From Candidatus Micrarchaeota archaeon (GTDB lineage Archaea; Micrarchaeota; Micrarchaeia; Anstonellales; Bilamarchaeaceae): a stretch of DNA of 55,620 bases. Each line of letters opens with the position of its first letter. Position 1 is the first letter of the stretch. The notes below the pieces were generated by a model, which saw only the letters and a program-made list of their open reading frames with translations, had not been told where the DNA came from and searched no databases. The translations under genes and the position numbers were made by a program. The stretch covers positions 1 to 55,620 of the forward strand of contig JAHJBM010000011.1 in the NCBI GenBank assembly GCA_018813505.1, in the 5' to 3' direction. Positions 8,857-19,087 of this stretch are shown here, one piece after another.

Positions 8857-10665
8857 ATGCTTGAAAGAATAAAAGATGAGATGTCCTATCTGCTTGCAGG
8901 GGTTCTTGATATTCCTGCTGATGATATAAGATCAACGATCGAACCTGGAAAGGTTGGTGATTTTTCAAGTAAGATAGCATTTGTGCTTTCAAAAGAAAAA
9001 AAGGAAAATCCAACTAAACTTGCTGCTGAAATTACCTCAAAATTAAAAAAACACCTCTATTTTGAAAAGGTTGAATCAGCAGGACCTTACATAAATTTTT
9101 ATCTCAGCAATAAAGCATATTCACTAATACTTTCAGATATCCTCTCAAAAAAAGACAAATATGGTTCAGGAAAAAACAAAAAACAAAAAATAATTATCGA
9201 ATTTCCTGCTGTAAATCCAAACAAGCCCTGGCACATAGGACATTTGAGAAATGCGGTTCTTGGTAGTTCTGTCGCTCAAATACTCGAATTTGACGGGTAC
9301 GATGTTGAACGTATGGACTATATAGATGATCTCGGGCTTCAGGTTGCACAAAGTCTTTGGGGGTTCCTGAATTACGATTCCAATCCAAAAGGAAAACTGG
9401 ATTTTTGGCTTGGCGAGCAATATGTTGGCATAGCAAAAAAATTTGAGGAAGATAAAACCATCGTTGAAGGGGTGAGGAATGTTCTAAAGGCAATCGAAGA
9501 GGGGGATAATGAAATTGCAGAAGCCGGCAGAAAACTCGCTGAACAATGCGTACTTGCACAGTATGAGACTGCATTTAACTTCGGTGTTTTCCATGATGTC
9601 CTTGTTTTTGAAAGCGATATCATGCGTACAATATTCAAAGATGGTGTCAAGTATCTGCACAACTGCAAATCAGTGGTGGTTGAAAAAGAAGGCAAAAATG
9701 CTGGTTGTCTTGTGGTAAAACTTATAGGCGCGGAATTTAACAATCTGGAAAATCCGGACAAGGTGCTTGTAAGAAGCGATGGCACTGCAGTTTACACGGG
9801 AAAGGATATCATATTTCATCTATGGAAATTTGGCAAGCTAAAATCAAATTTTACCTATGTGCCATTCACAAAACAACCGAATGGAAAAACCGCTTACATG
9901 ACATCACCGAAAGGAAAGCCGATGGATTTTGCAATGACAGATAAAGCGATAAATGTAATCGGTGTCGAACAGAAGTATCCACAACAGGTTATTGTGGAGG
10001 TTTTCAAGAAACTTGGTTTTGCTGATGAAGCATCTAATCTTAGGCATCTTTCATACGAACACGTGGGTCTTCCTGAAGCAAAATTCTCTGGAAGAAAAGG
10101 CACATGGATTGGTTATACTGCTGATAATCTTCTTGAAGAGGCGCAGGAAAAGGTAATCGACAAGATAAAGATCGAGTTCTCAGATAAAGATAAAAAGAAA
10201 ATCGCAAAACTCGTTGGCGTAGCAGCCATCAGATTCTCATTCCTGAGAACCAATGCAGACAAACGCATTACATTCAAATGGGAAGAAGCACTTAATATGG
10301 AAGGGGATTCGGGTCCTTACGCGCAGTATGCATATGTACGTGCAAAAGCCATACTTGCAAAAACAACCAAAGAGCCGGATGCAGTGGAAATAGAATTCAA
10401 TGACAGCGAGAAAAAGGTCATAAAACAACTTGCTATTTTCTCCGACTATATAGGGCGTGCATCACGTGAACTCACACCTCATCATATAACCCAGTATGTG
10501 CTTGATGTTGCTGCTGGCTTCAGTTCTTTTTATGCAAGTTCACCTGTTCTGGCAGCAGAAGATAAAGAAGTAGTCAAAGCAAGATTAGCAATAACTGCTG
10601 CAACTTCGATAGTGCTGAAAAATGCGCTCAGGCTTCTTGTGATCGAATGCCCTGAAAAGATGTAA
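8857..10665 (+). CDS. argS: arginine--tRNA ligase
   Basis: NPNKPWHIGHLRN (HIGH motif), KFSGRKG, GPYAQYAYVRA, C-terminal PEKM; ATG 8857 follows a GGGGTG RBS. Confidence 0.97.
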   Translation: MLERIKDEMSYLLAGVLDIPADDIRSTIEPGKVGDFSSKIAFVLSKEKKENPTKLAAEITSKLKKHLYFEKVESAGPYINFYLSNKAYSLILSDILSKKDKYGSGKNKKQKIIIEFPAVNPNKPWHIGHLRNAVLGSSVAQILEFDGYDVERMDYIDDLGLQVAQSLWGFLNYDSNPKGKLDFWLGEQYVGIAKKFEEDKTIVEGVRNVLKAIEEGDNEIAEAGRKLAEQCVLAQYETAFNFGVFHDVLVFESDIMRTIFKDGVKYLHNCKSVVVEKEGKNAGCLVVKLIGAEFNNLENPDKVLVRSDGTAVYTGKDIIFHLWKFGKLKSNFTYVPFTKQPNGKTAYMTSPKGKPMDFAMTDKAINVIGVEQKYPQQVIVEVFKKLGFADEASNLRHLSYEHVGLPEAKFSGRKGTWIGYTADNLLEEAQEKVIDKIKIEFSDKDKKKIAKLVGVAAIRFSFLRTNADKRITFKWEEALNMEGDSGPYAQYAYVRAKAILAKTTKEPDAVEIEFNDSEKKVIKQLAIFSDYIGRASRELTPHHITQYVLDVAAGFSSFYASSPVLAAEDKEVVKARLAITAATSIVLKNALRLLVIECPEKM

Positions 10666-10925
10666 GGTATCTAATGTGCTCTCCAGATTCTTCAATATTC
10701 TTTTCTCTTAGTCAAACTCAGCGTCGTCGCTGACACAAATAATTCTTCAATCGCTTCGATAGTAGTTGGGTATTTTTCTAAGGAGTACATATTCTCTTTT
10801 CCCAGCTAGACTTGTATTAGAAATTCTTTGAATTTCTAAACAGAACAAATGTTACAATTTGTTCTTCGAGTCGTTGCTGAAGTTCTGTCACTCCCTGCCG
10901 TTCCGACAGCAGACAAATAGCAACC

Positions 10926-12629
10926 TTATAAAATTCTGAAATTTTTCACATCTACCAATCCTTTGTCAGTTATCTTAAGTTCAGGTATGACTTCCAAAGC
11001 CATGAATGAAAGTGTACCGAAAGGTTCTCTCATTTTACAACCTATCGCTTTAGCTTTTTTCTTCAGGTCTTCAAGTATTTTCCCAACTTTTTTATAATCA
11101 TCCTGGGTCATGATCCCTGCAATCGGAAGTTTCAACAACCCCAGCCCGGTCGTTCTACTATAAATCGCAAGTCCGCCACCATTTCTTATCAGTTCGTTTG
11201 CAACTTTGACAATCTCATCATCTGAAGTACCGACAACTATTATATTATGGCAATCATGGGCAACAGTAGAACCAATTGCACCATTTTTTATTCCAAAACC
11301 GGTTATCTGACCAGTTGATATGTTGCCATTTTTTCTGTATCTTTCTATGACTATTATTTTCAGTATACCTTTTTTCACGTCATATTCTTCAGTTATCTTC
11401 AGTTTTTTCCATCCGGTATGAAGGCTTCCGTCTTTTGCCACTATAATATTGCCAAGATGTTTTGTTGGGATTGCAATATCTTTTTTGTTTATCGGCTCGT
11501 GTTTTACCGTACTTTTTGCGTAAGCCGGATAGGTAAATTTTCCTCTGTTTGATACATGGCCTTTTGGGTAAACTTCTATTCCATTTACAAATACTATGTT
11601 CGGTTTGATTTTCTTTAGCGATTTACTCAGGAAAAAATTCGCTTTTAGACCTTGCTTTATGTTACCTATATCATCTAACCCGTAATATCCAGCACAGCTG
11701 TGTGTGGCACACCTTATTGTTATCAAAGGGTCATACCCAAGAGCAATAGCCTTGTTTACATTGAATAATATCGACCCATATCTATCAATATCAACAACGC
11801 TCTTGTCATCAGAACAGAAACAAATATGATCCGGATACGCGTCGATTATTCTGTATTGTTCTTTTCCAGAAACTTCGGCAGATCCTTCTCGTAAGAACAG
11901 CATTACGCCATATTCTGCTTTCTCTACCATCTCAGAGTATTCAAGTGATTCATGATCATCCATAATTCCGGCATCATAATATTTGTTCATCAGTTTTCCG
12001 CGTAATCCTGGCGCGTGTCCATTCACTACTTTTTTTCCGGCTGCGTTTATCTTTTCCATGATTCGTTTATTTCTTTTTATCACTGCAGGGAAGTCCATGA
12101 CCTCGCCAAGTCCGACTATTCTCTTGTTTTTCATCATCTTTTTTATTTCTTCTGCAGTAACTGTTGCTCCTGATGTGCCAAGGTCTGTTGCAGGTACGCA
12201 TGATGGTACGACAAAATAGAATTCAAGTGGCAAATTTTCACTCTCATTAAGAAACAGTTCAAGGCCTTTTATTCCAAGTATGTTGCATATCTCATGACTA
12301 TCAGCTATTACTGTTGTGGTGCCATGTTTTAGCACTGCTTTTGAAAACTCGGTTGGCGTCAGAAGTGAACTTTCAATATGAACATGCGCATCTATAAATC
12401 CAGGTATGAGGTACATTCCACGTGCATCTATTGTTTTTTCTGCTTTTTTATCAATTTTTTTACCTACTCTTTTAATTATTCCATTACTAATTATTATTTC
12501 TCCAGAAACTACGTTCATACTTTGTGTATCAACTATCTTAGCATTCACTATCTTTATTGTATTGTAAATTGCATCACTTCGTTTGCATTTACAATGCTGT
12601 AAAATTTTCATAAAATTTTCCATGCTCAT
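10926..12629 (-). CDS. ade: adenine deaminase
   Basis: PGFIDAHVHIESS, LGEVMD, GHAPG, DHE, REGSA, CSDD and STVAHDCHN motifs. Confidence 0.95.
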   Translation of the reverse strand: MSMENFMKILQHCKCKRSDAIYNTIKIVNAKIVDTQSMNVVSGEIIISNGIIKRVGKKIDKKAEKTIDARGMYLIPGFIDAHVHIESSLLTPTEFSKAVLKHGTTTVIADSHEICNILGIKGLELFLNESENLPLEFYFVVPSCVPATDLGTSGATVTAEEIKKMMKNKRIVGLGEVMDFPAVIKRNKRIMEKINAAGKKVVNGHAPGLRGKLMNKYYDAGIMDDHESLEYSEMVEKAEYGVMLFLREGSAEVSGKEQYRIIDAYPDHICFCSDDKSVVDIDRYGSILFNVNKAIALGYDPLITIRCATHSCAGYYGLDDIGNIKQGLKANFFLSKSLKKIKPNIVFVNGIEVYPKGHVSNRGKFTYPAYAKSTVKHEPINKKDIAIPTKHLGNIIVAKDGSLHTGWKKLKITEEYDVKKGILKIIVIERYRKNGNISTGQITGFGIKNGAIGSTVAHDCHNIIVVGTSDDEIVKVANELIRNGGGLAIYSRTTGLGLLKLPIAGIMTQDDYKKVGKILEDLKKKAKAIGCKMREPFGTLSFMALEVIPELKITDKGLVDVKNFRIL

Positions 12630-13360
12630 TTTTTACCTCTGATCCAGTCAATGACTTTATCATAATCCCGTTTTATGCCGTGCTTCCCAAAATATTTGAC
12701 AATATTCCTTACATCCCTTTCAAGAAATTGTTCTGCGTGCGGATGGCCTTTTACAACTCCCTGGCCAAAATCTATGAGGTATGGTATTTTTCCCATCATA
12801 ATGTTGTATTCACTCATATCGGTATGTACAAGGCCCGCATCATACATTCCTTTAATATCTTTCAATATAGATTCAAGATCTTTCTCTCCGTGCAATGGTC
12901 CAACCATATTCATTGTAGGATATGGTAGTTCTCCCTCTCCGAGAAATTCCATTACTATCATATTATCAATCAGGTAATACACTTGCGGGGCGTGGATTTT
13001 TTTCTTTTCACATATCTGGAGATTTTTAAATTCCTTTCTTGCAAATGCCTTCACTATCTCTTTTTCCGTATGTTTTATCCTATCAAATCTTGGGTCGCCA
13101 TCAAGATAAAGGTCTCTTCTGAAAAATTTTGCAGTTTCTACCTTATAAATTTTGATTGCTACGTATGTACCATCAGTTGTCGTGGCACGAAATACATTGG
13201 CTTCTTTTCCTGTTGATATCGGGTAGTCAACAGTGGCAATAATATCCTTTTTCATCAATTTTGAAAGATCTAGAAGTGTTTTACGGTCAAAAACCTCGCT
13301 TTCTATTTTAATCCGTTCTTTGAGCTGATGAATCTCTCGTAAGGGTTTTTTTCTTGCCAT
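12626..13360 (-). CDS. rio1: RIO1-family serine/threonine kinase
   Basis: ISTGKEANVF, AIKIY, LVHTDMSEYN and IDFGQ motifs. Confidence 0.95.
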   Translation of the reverse strand: MARKKPLREIHQLKERIKIESEVFDRKTLLDLSKLMKKDIIATVDYPISTGKEANVFRATTTDGTYVAIKIYKVETAKFFRRDLYLDGDPRFDRIKHTEKEIVKAFARKEFKNLQICEKKKIHAPQVYYLIDNMIVMEFLGEGELPYPTMNMVGPLHGEKDLESILKDIKGMYDAGLVHTDMSEYNIMMGKIPYLIDFGQGVVKGHPHAEQFLERDVRNIVKYFGKHGIKRDYDKVIDWIRGKK

Positions 13361-13440
13361 ACTTGAGATAGGTAGCTATTTTTTATAAAGTCAGAGTATA
13401 AGTCACAAGTCTTGGGATAATGTACAAATATCGTTTTTGT

Positions 13441-14064
13441 TTATGTTTCCTTCAAACGTCCAAGAAGGCACCAGTGATTTCCGTTATCTCTGCAAATACT
13501 CAAAATCTTAAAATTTTTGAAATCTTTTTTCATCAGTGTTTTTGTGTATATAAAATGAGGTACTCCTTTTTCTTTGCCATCCAATGGGGTATAAGTTCGT
13601 GGTTCCGACATCATAAATGCTGTTGCTCCTTGTTTGCGTTTATTTGCAGCGACTGTGATAAAAATAAGCCCACCTGGTTTCAGAACTCTTTCAATTTCTG
13701 AAATACAAAATTTTACTTTTTCGTGAAAATTATGGTGGATGACTTGTGTAGAAATAATCGCATCAAAGCGTTTATCCTTGAACGGAAATTTTTCATAACA
13801 AGAATGTTCTTTTAGTTTGGCGCAAAGATTTTTTTCTTTAAGCCATTTTCTAGTCATTTTCAAACCTGTTTTTGATATATCTGTTGCATAGACATCAAAA
13901 CCTTGCTTTGCAAATAATACTGTATGCCTGCCCGAACCACACCCCAAATCAAGAATCTTTCTTACCTTTTCTTTTTTGAGAAGTTTGATTATTTTTTCCA
14001 TGTCCTCTTGAGCAGTCAAGAAAACCTTCCCATCTTTTTTAAATATGGATTCCCAATCTCCCAT
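13441..14064 (-). CDS. class I SAM-dependent methyltransferase
   Basis: ILDLGCGSGRH, DIS and EIERVLKPGG motifs. Confidence 0.9.
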   Translation of the reverse strand: MGDWESIFKKDGKVFLTAQEDMEKIIKLLKKEKVRKILDLGCGSGRHTVLFAKQGFDVYATDISKTGLKMTRKWLKEKNLCAKLKEHSCYEKFPFKDKRFDAIISTQVIHHNFHEKVKFCISEIERVLKPGGLIFITVAANKRKQGATAFMMSEPRTYTPLDGKEKGVPHFIYTKTLMKKDFKNFKILSICRDNGNHWCLLGRLKET

Positions 14065-14159
14065 AGAACTATTGATTTATATGACGATTAATAAATGTTT
14101 GGAAATATACATTCTGCTTCAAGATTTCGGATTTATAAAATATGATAAAAAAATTAGAA

Positions 14160-14516
14160 TTATACGTGTCCTTCTTCTTTGAGTATCCTAGCTTGTACTG
14201 GCCAGTATCTCCAGATGACATCTCCTTTCTTCTCGCCTTCTATTTCCCAAGGCTTTACTATAACTACGTCTCCTTCTCTCACCCAGACTCTGTTCCTTAG
14301 CTTTCCTGGGATTCTGCACATTCTTTCTTTACCATCTTTGCATGCAACTTTCATGCGTGAGCCACCCATAAGTCCCAGAACAACTCCCATGACTTCTCCG
14401 TCTTTTGGGTATCTCATTCTTCTTCTTTCTTCTTCCATGCTTACAGGGTCACGAGGTGTTTTCTTTTTACCGCCGCCTCTGTTACCCCCACGTTGCATTC
14501 CTCTATATCCACCCAA
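14160..14516 (-). CDS. eif1a: translation initiation factor aIF-1A
   Basis: CKDGKERMCRIPGKLRNRVWVREGDVVIVKPW and KGDVIWRY; TTG start after a GGTGA RBS. Confidence 0.95.
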   Translation of the reverse strand: MGGYRGMQRGGNRGGGKKKTPRDPVSMEEERRRMRYPKDGEVMGVVLGLMGGSRMKVACKDGKERMCRIPGKLRNRVWVREGDVVIVKPWEIEGEKKGDVIWRYWPVQARILKEEGHV

Positions 14517-14520
14517 TATA

Positions 14521-14931
14521 TCACCTTATGGCTGCCCGAGCCCCGCAACTTTCGCATATTATATTGCGTATTCTTCCAGACTCTTCTATGTGCGTGTCTG
14601 GTCGTTTGCATTCTTTGCACATTACATATTTAAGTACTAGTTCTTCAAGTTTTTTATTCAGTATGTCTCCTGTAAGTCTTCTTTGAAGTATTAGTCTCTC
14701 AGTCTTTATCTCGACAGGTACTGCCAATTCTTTTGATAAATATTTTGATATAAATTGCGGGTCTCTTCTTATCTTTTCTGCAACTGCTTTAAAATTTTTG
14801 ATTATTGTTTTATTTCCCTCAGTAAAATACTCGAATTTTGGCATTTCAAATCGTTCACCGCTCATTGCACGTTTTGGAAGATTAGAATAAACATCATCCA
14901 GTAACTGTTCATAATTTTTATCAGAACTCAT
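14521..14931 (-). CDS. eif2b: translation initiation factor aIF-2 beta subunit
   Basis: YEQLLD, ERFEMP, GNKTIIKNF and CKECKRPDT...CESCGA zinc ribbon. Confidence 0.95.
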   Translation of the reverse strand: MSSDKNYEQLLDDVYSNLPKRAMSGERFEMPKFEYFTEGNKTIIKNFKAVAEKIRRDPQFISKYLSKELAVPVEIKTERLILQRRLTGDILNKKLEELVLKYVMCKECKRPDTHIEESGRIRNIICESCGARAAIR

Positions 14932-15043
14932 AGAGAGAAATAACAAAGGGAATAGTTTAAAAATGGAGGTTTGATACGATCAATAGTAACCACATCAGTG
15001 TCAACACACATATTTTAATGGTTGTGGTCGATATTATCTCTTC

Positions 15044-15703
15044 ATGAAAGCAGAGATATCCTTACCTCCAAAGTGCAGTGAATTTTGTCTGAAAGTAGAT
15101 CCTTCAGATCGTGCTAAATTCTGTAGATTTCTTCAGAGAACGTCATGGGTTCCCGAGACTATAGAGAGACTTGGGAAAAGAGCCAGAAAACCTGGCGCAA
15201 CAAAGATCAATACTGTCGGTCTGGAAGCAGTCACATCTCATTTCGTTCAACTCGTTCCATTGGAAGAGGAGTGTCTCAGATACATTCCTCCACCTCCAAA
15301 AGTATCGGTTGAAGAAGTACCAATAGCCTCTTCAAACGTATCAGTTGATTCTTCTTTTTGGGCACTCAAATTCCGTGCGCACGAAGATTGGTGGACTTCA
15401 AGTGGTGACGAGATATTAAAGAATGGCATTCTCGGGAAAAAGCCTATCGCAGATATATTTCTAGAATTACGTGAAAGCATAAAAAAATTTTTTCAGGGCA
15501 TTGGCCTTGGAAGTAATAGGGATTTTGCTGAAGAAGTTCGATTCCGTGTTGTCTATCTTGGCCTCACAACTCAATACCTGGAACTTGCAAAACCATCATT
15601 AGTTGGGAAGCCTGAGGCAGTAGTTGGATCGAGAGGTTCAAACAATCCAGATCCAGTGCCTCCTCGCTCACGTAATACGAAACCAAAAAAGAACAGATCA
15701 TAA
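15044..15703 (+). CDS. hypothetical protein
   Basis: 219-aa ORF with a TATA-like TTTTAAT about 30 bp upstream; no family recognised. Confidence 0.6.
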   Translation: MKAEISLPPKCSEFCLKVDPSDRAKFCRFLQRTSWVPETIERLGKRARKPGATKINTVGLEAVTSHFVQLVPLEEECLRYIPPPPKVSVEEVPIASSNVSVDSSFWALKFRAHEDWWTSSGDEILKNGILGKKPIADIFLELRESIKKFFQGIGLGSNRDFAEEVRFRVVYLGLTTQYLELAKPSLVGKPEAVVGSRGSNNPDPVPPRSRNTKPKKNRS

Positions 15704-15793
15704 AAATGATCAATATCATCATTTTTTACATTATTCTTGCTTGGGGTAGAGTGTCAAAAGGTATTTTAATATGTATACTTAAATATCATCGTA

Positions 15794-17275
15794 ATGATAG
15801 CAAAAAAAGACCTCACTCCTGGGAATCCTAATCCTACTCATGCCAATGGTGTTAAGAAGCCGAAAATACCAAATCCTCCATTACTATCTGGTCCTGATGA
15901 TTTTTCTGATCTTCGAGGTCTTGCCAGGTCTCATATCCATCATGGTTCTAGAACTGAACAAAGAATATTTTTGGCAGTATGTTCCGGTAAAACAAATAGC
16001 GAACTTGGGAAAATTTGTGGCAGGTCTGCCTCATCAATGGCATTTTTTTTGTGTATTCGTAGGGAGGCTCTAATTGAATTTGCAGAACTGCATGATCATG
16101 TTGTTGGTAAACCGCGTGCTTTTCTAAAACGAATCTATGGTTATCGGCCAATACCAGATCGTTATGCGGCAACTATCCCGGTGTTTACAACGTCAGATCA
16201 AGCAAATAAACCCGGGAAAAATCCTCATAAATCTAATGCTGTAAAACGACCACCTCTAAATCATACTTATCAAAAGGTCGAATCTGCTGAACCTGCAGTT
16301 GTAAGAAGAGAACCTGGATCAATGGAAATTCTGGTTGATTCCAATCCGACAAAACAAAAGCCCGTAGAAAAACTGCCTGAAATTCCCACTGGGGTAGATG
16401 GTTACCGGTGGTTGAGGGGAAAAATTAATTTTGTGCAGACATTGCTTGAACGCTCTGACTGGGACTCGAGTGACGCTGCATGCGAAGCTATCAGAGAGCG
16501 TTTAGCACGCAGATTTTCTGATGGCAATCCAACAATCTCGGAGGTACGTACTCAGATCAAAGCTCTCAGCACTTTAGCTGCAAAGAATGATGGGCCATAT
16601 ATATGGACAGAAGTATCAAACATTGCGTTTGTCCAGATCCTTTCAGCTCATACGGACGCATCTGATTCTGAACTCGCACAGTTATTGAATTCAAGAGTTG
16701 GGTGTTATGTCCCATATCCCGCAACTGCGGATGATGTCAAAAGAAAACGAGAATATCTGGAAGGAGTCGTTAAAAAACGGCGTCCAAAAGAGCTATTTGT
16801 AGAATCTGCGATTGGGAGTAACTCTGGTTGTGATAGTATCGATAGTTCTAATGATAGAGAATTTATTATGTGGGATGAGCTACGGACATTTGCAATCTCA
16901 TTAATGAACCAACTAACTTCAGATGGGGTCAGTGTAAATCCGCGTATCTTGTTGAAGGAATTATCTATAAGATATTCGAAGATAAAACATGTGCAAAATC
17001 TCGGCGATCTTGAAAGAAATAGTCTAGCCTGGTTTCTGTCATGGAATGCATCAACCAAACCAATCGAAAGAAAAAAAGACGCCCCTCCAAGATCAAAACC
17101 CATGATAAAACCAACTGGGGTTTTGAATGAAGAAATTGTGGCCGAGATAAAAAGATTGTCTGAATTTGGCAGTTCAGATGCACACGTTCTAAATCAGCTT
17201 GTTTTGAAATATCGAGGATTAAGCGGTAAGCTAACCCCGGGAGATATAGCAAAAATTCGTTCCAACAAACAATAA
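15794..17275 (+). CDS. hypothetical protein with several small helical/HTH-like modules
   Basis: 493-aa ORF with a TATA-like element upstream; KTNSELGKICGRSASSM resembles an HTH; Pro/Lys-rich linkers. Confidence 0.65.
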   Translation: MIAKKDLTPGNPNPTHANGVKKPKIPNPPLLSGPDDFSDLRGLARSHIHHGSRTEQRIFLAVCSGKTNSELGKICGRSASSMAFFLCIRREALIEFAELHDHVVGKPRAFLKRIYGYRPIPDRYAATIPVFTTSDQANKPGKNPHKSNAVKRPPLNHTYQKVESAEPAVVRREPGSMEILVDSNPTKQKPVEKLPEIPTGVDGYRWLRGKINFVQTLLERSDWDSSDAACEAIRERLARRFSDGNPTISEVRTQIKALSTLAAKNDGPYIWTEVSNIAFVQILSAHTDASDSELAQLLNSRVGCYVPYPATADDVKRKREYLEGVVKKRRPKELFVESAIGSNSGCDSIDSSNDREFIMWDELRTFAISLMNQLTSDGVSVNPRILLKELSIRYSKIKHVQNLGDLERNSLAWFLSWNASTKPIERKKDAPPRSKPMIKPTGVLNEEIVAEIKRLSEFGSSDAHVLNQLVLKYRGLSGKLTPGDIAKIRSNKQ

Positions 17276-17291
17276 AATTAGAAATAAAAAA

Positions 17292-18545
17292 TTAAGTTCC
17301 TTCTTCCCAGCTTCCAAGATATTTTTTCTGTTCCTCTGTCAGTTCGTCTTTTTTGACTCCCATAACTTCGAGCTGAAGCTCTGCAATGTGATTGTCTATC
17401 TCTTCAGGTAGTGTGATCACTTTTGATCCGAGTTTTCCCTTGTGTTTCACAAGATATTCGCATGCAAATGCCTGACCTGCAAAAGATGTTGCCATGACCT
17501 CTGACGGGTGTCCTTCGGCTGCACCAAGATTAACAAGTCTTCCTTCAGCCGCAACAAATATTTTCTTCCCATCAATTTCATATTCATCAAGGAACGGTCT
17601 TATCTTTCTTTTTTTGGCTGCGTTTTCCAGGCCCGCAACATCTATCTCGTTGTCGAAATGCCCTGAGTTTGCAAGTATGGTTCCATTCTTCATTGCTTTC
17701 ATATGCTCAAGTCGTATCACGTGTTTGTCTCCAGTGACAGTGAGAAATATTTCTCCGATTTTTACAGCTTCTGCCATCGGCATCACTCTATAGCCGTCAA
17801 GCACCGCCTTCATTGCCCTGAATGCATCGACCTCGGTTACGATTACATTCGCTCCCATGCCGCTTGCACGCATTGCGACTCCTTTTCCACAGTCGCCATA
17901 GCCGCACACTACAAATATTTTTCCTGCAATCAGTATGTTGCTCGCCCTGAGCAGTCCGTCTATGGATGACTGCCCGGTTCCATAATAGTTATCCAGAAGA
18001 TGTTTGGTTTTGTTATCATTCACTGCAATCATTGGGCATTTAAGTACATTGTCCCTTTCCATTGCCTTCAATCTGATAATGCCGGTGGTCGTTTCTTCGC
18101 AACCGCCAATTATCTTTGGGATCATATGCTGGTGCTTTGTGTGTATGGCAGTTACAAGATCGCATCCATCATCTATAGTAATATCTGGGTTGTGTGAAAT
18201 CACCTTTTCAATATACTTGTAATAATCCTCTTTGTTCTCCCCTTTATACGCATAGACATGCACCCCTTGTTCTGCAAGTGCAGCAGCCACATCATCTTGT
18301 GTACTTAATGGATTACAACTTGCAAGAGCTACCTTTGCTCCGCCGGCAATAAGCGTTTTCACAAGCACTGCGGTTTCCTTTGTAACATGCAATGCAAGTG
18401 CTATTGTTAGTCCTTCGAATGGTTTTTCTTTTTCAAAGCGTTTTCTTATTTTTTGCATTATAGCCATGTGCATTTCTGCAAATTCTATATTCAGATGTCC
18501 TTGTTTTGCAAGACTTATGTCTTTTACTTCATAGTCATTATCCAT
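17292..18545 (-). CDS. ahcY: adenosylhomocysteinase
   Basis: SCNPLSTQDD, IDDGCDL, EETTTG, DNYYGTGQS, GYGDCGKG and GRLVNL...GHPSEVM motifs. Confidence 0.97.
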   Translation of the reverse strand: MDNDYEVKDISLAKQGHLNIEFAEMHMAIMQKIRKRFEKEKPFEGLTIALALHVTKETAVLVKTLIAGGAKVALASCNPLSTQDDVAAALAEQGVHVYAYKGENKEDYYKYIEKVISHNPDITIDDGCDLVTAIHTKHQHMIPKIIGGCEETTTGIIRLKAMERDNVLKCPMIAVNDNKTKHLLDNYYGTGQSSIDGLLRASNILIAGKIFVVCGYGDCGKGVAMRASGMGANVIVTEVDAFRAMKAVLDGYRVMPMAEAVKIGEIFLTVTGDKHVIRLEHMKAMKNGTILANSGHFDNEIDVAGLENAAKKRKIRPFLDEYEIDGKKIFVAAEGRLVNLGAAEGHPSEVMATSFAGQAFACEYLVKHKGKLGSKVITLPEEIDNHIAELQLEVMGVKKDELTEEQKKYLGSWEEGT

Positions 18546-18723
18546 TCAAATCACCAAAACCAAAATAAGTTAATGATATTAATCATAATGTATAAATGTT
18601 AATATTAAAAAGATAGTCATTAGGAAAACAGTGTCCATTATCCACAGGTCCTTTGCATAATTACATACCAATTTAAATATATCTACTTTCATATATATCT
18701 AAAATTGTTATATCCCAAAATTG

Positions 18724-19083
18724 ATGTTTATGCATTGTGAACTAAAACTAAAGAAGGGTATCGAAAAGAAAGTTATGCATGCTGCTTTTCGCGCATTTGT
18801 ACTTTGGCTTATATCAACCGATGATATGCACGGTTACGAGATAATTAAGAAACTCAGAGTTGATAGTGGAATGCCAAACATAGGTGCAAGCCGCATATAT
18901 CCGTTGCTTTCAAAATTAACAAATGATGGAATGATAACACAAAAAAAGAAGATGGATGGTAAACGGATCAAAAAAGTTTATGCCATAACAAAAAAAGGCA
19001 TACTGGTGCTCAAAGCAGCCAGATCACATCTTCATTCAAGTCCATTAAGATTACAGTATCTTAGATACCTTGTGGAGTGTTAA
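18724..19083 (+). CDS. PadR-family transcriptional regulator
   Basis: MHGYEIIK, IYPLLSKL and KKVYAITKKG motifs. Confidence 0.9.
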   Translation: MFMHCELKLKKGIEKKVMHAAFRAFVLWLISTDDMHGYEIIKKLRVDSGMPNIGASRIYPLLSKLTNDGMITQKKKMDGKRIKKVYAITKKGILVLKAARSHLHSSPLRLQYLRYLVEC

Positions 19084-19087
19084 TATT

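Noticed and set aside
14179..14686. Plus-strand ORFs of 153 and 93 aa, and the many similar antisense ORFs in the track
   Set aside because: They are shadows of well-supported genes on the opposite strand or in another frame, with no motifs of their own
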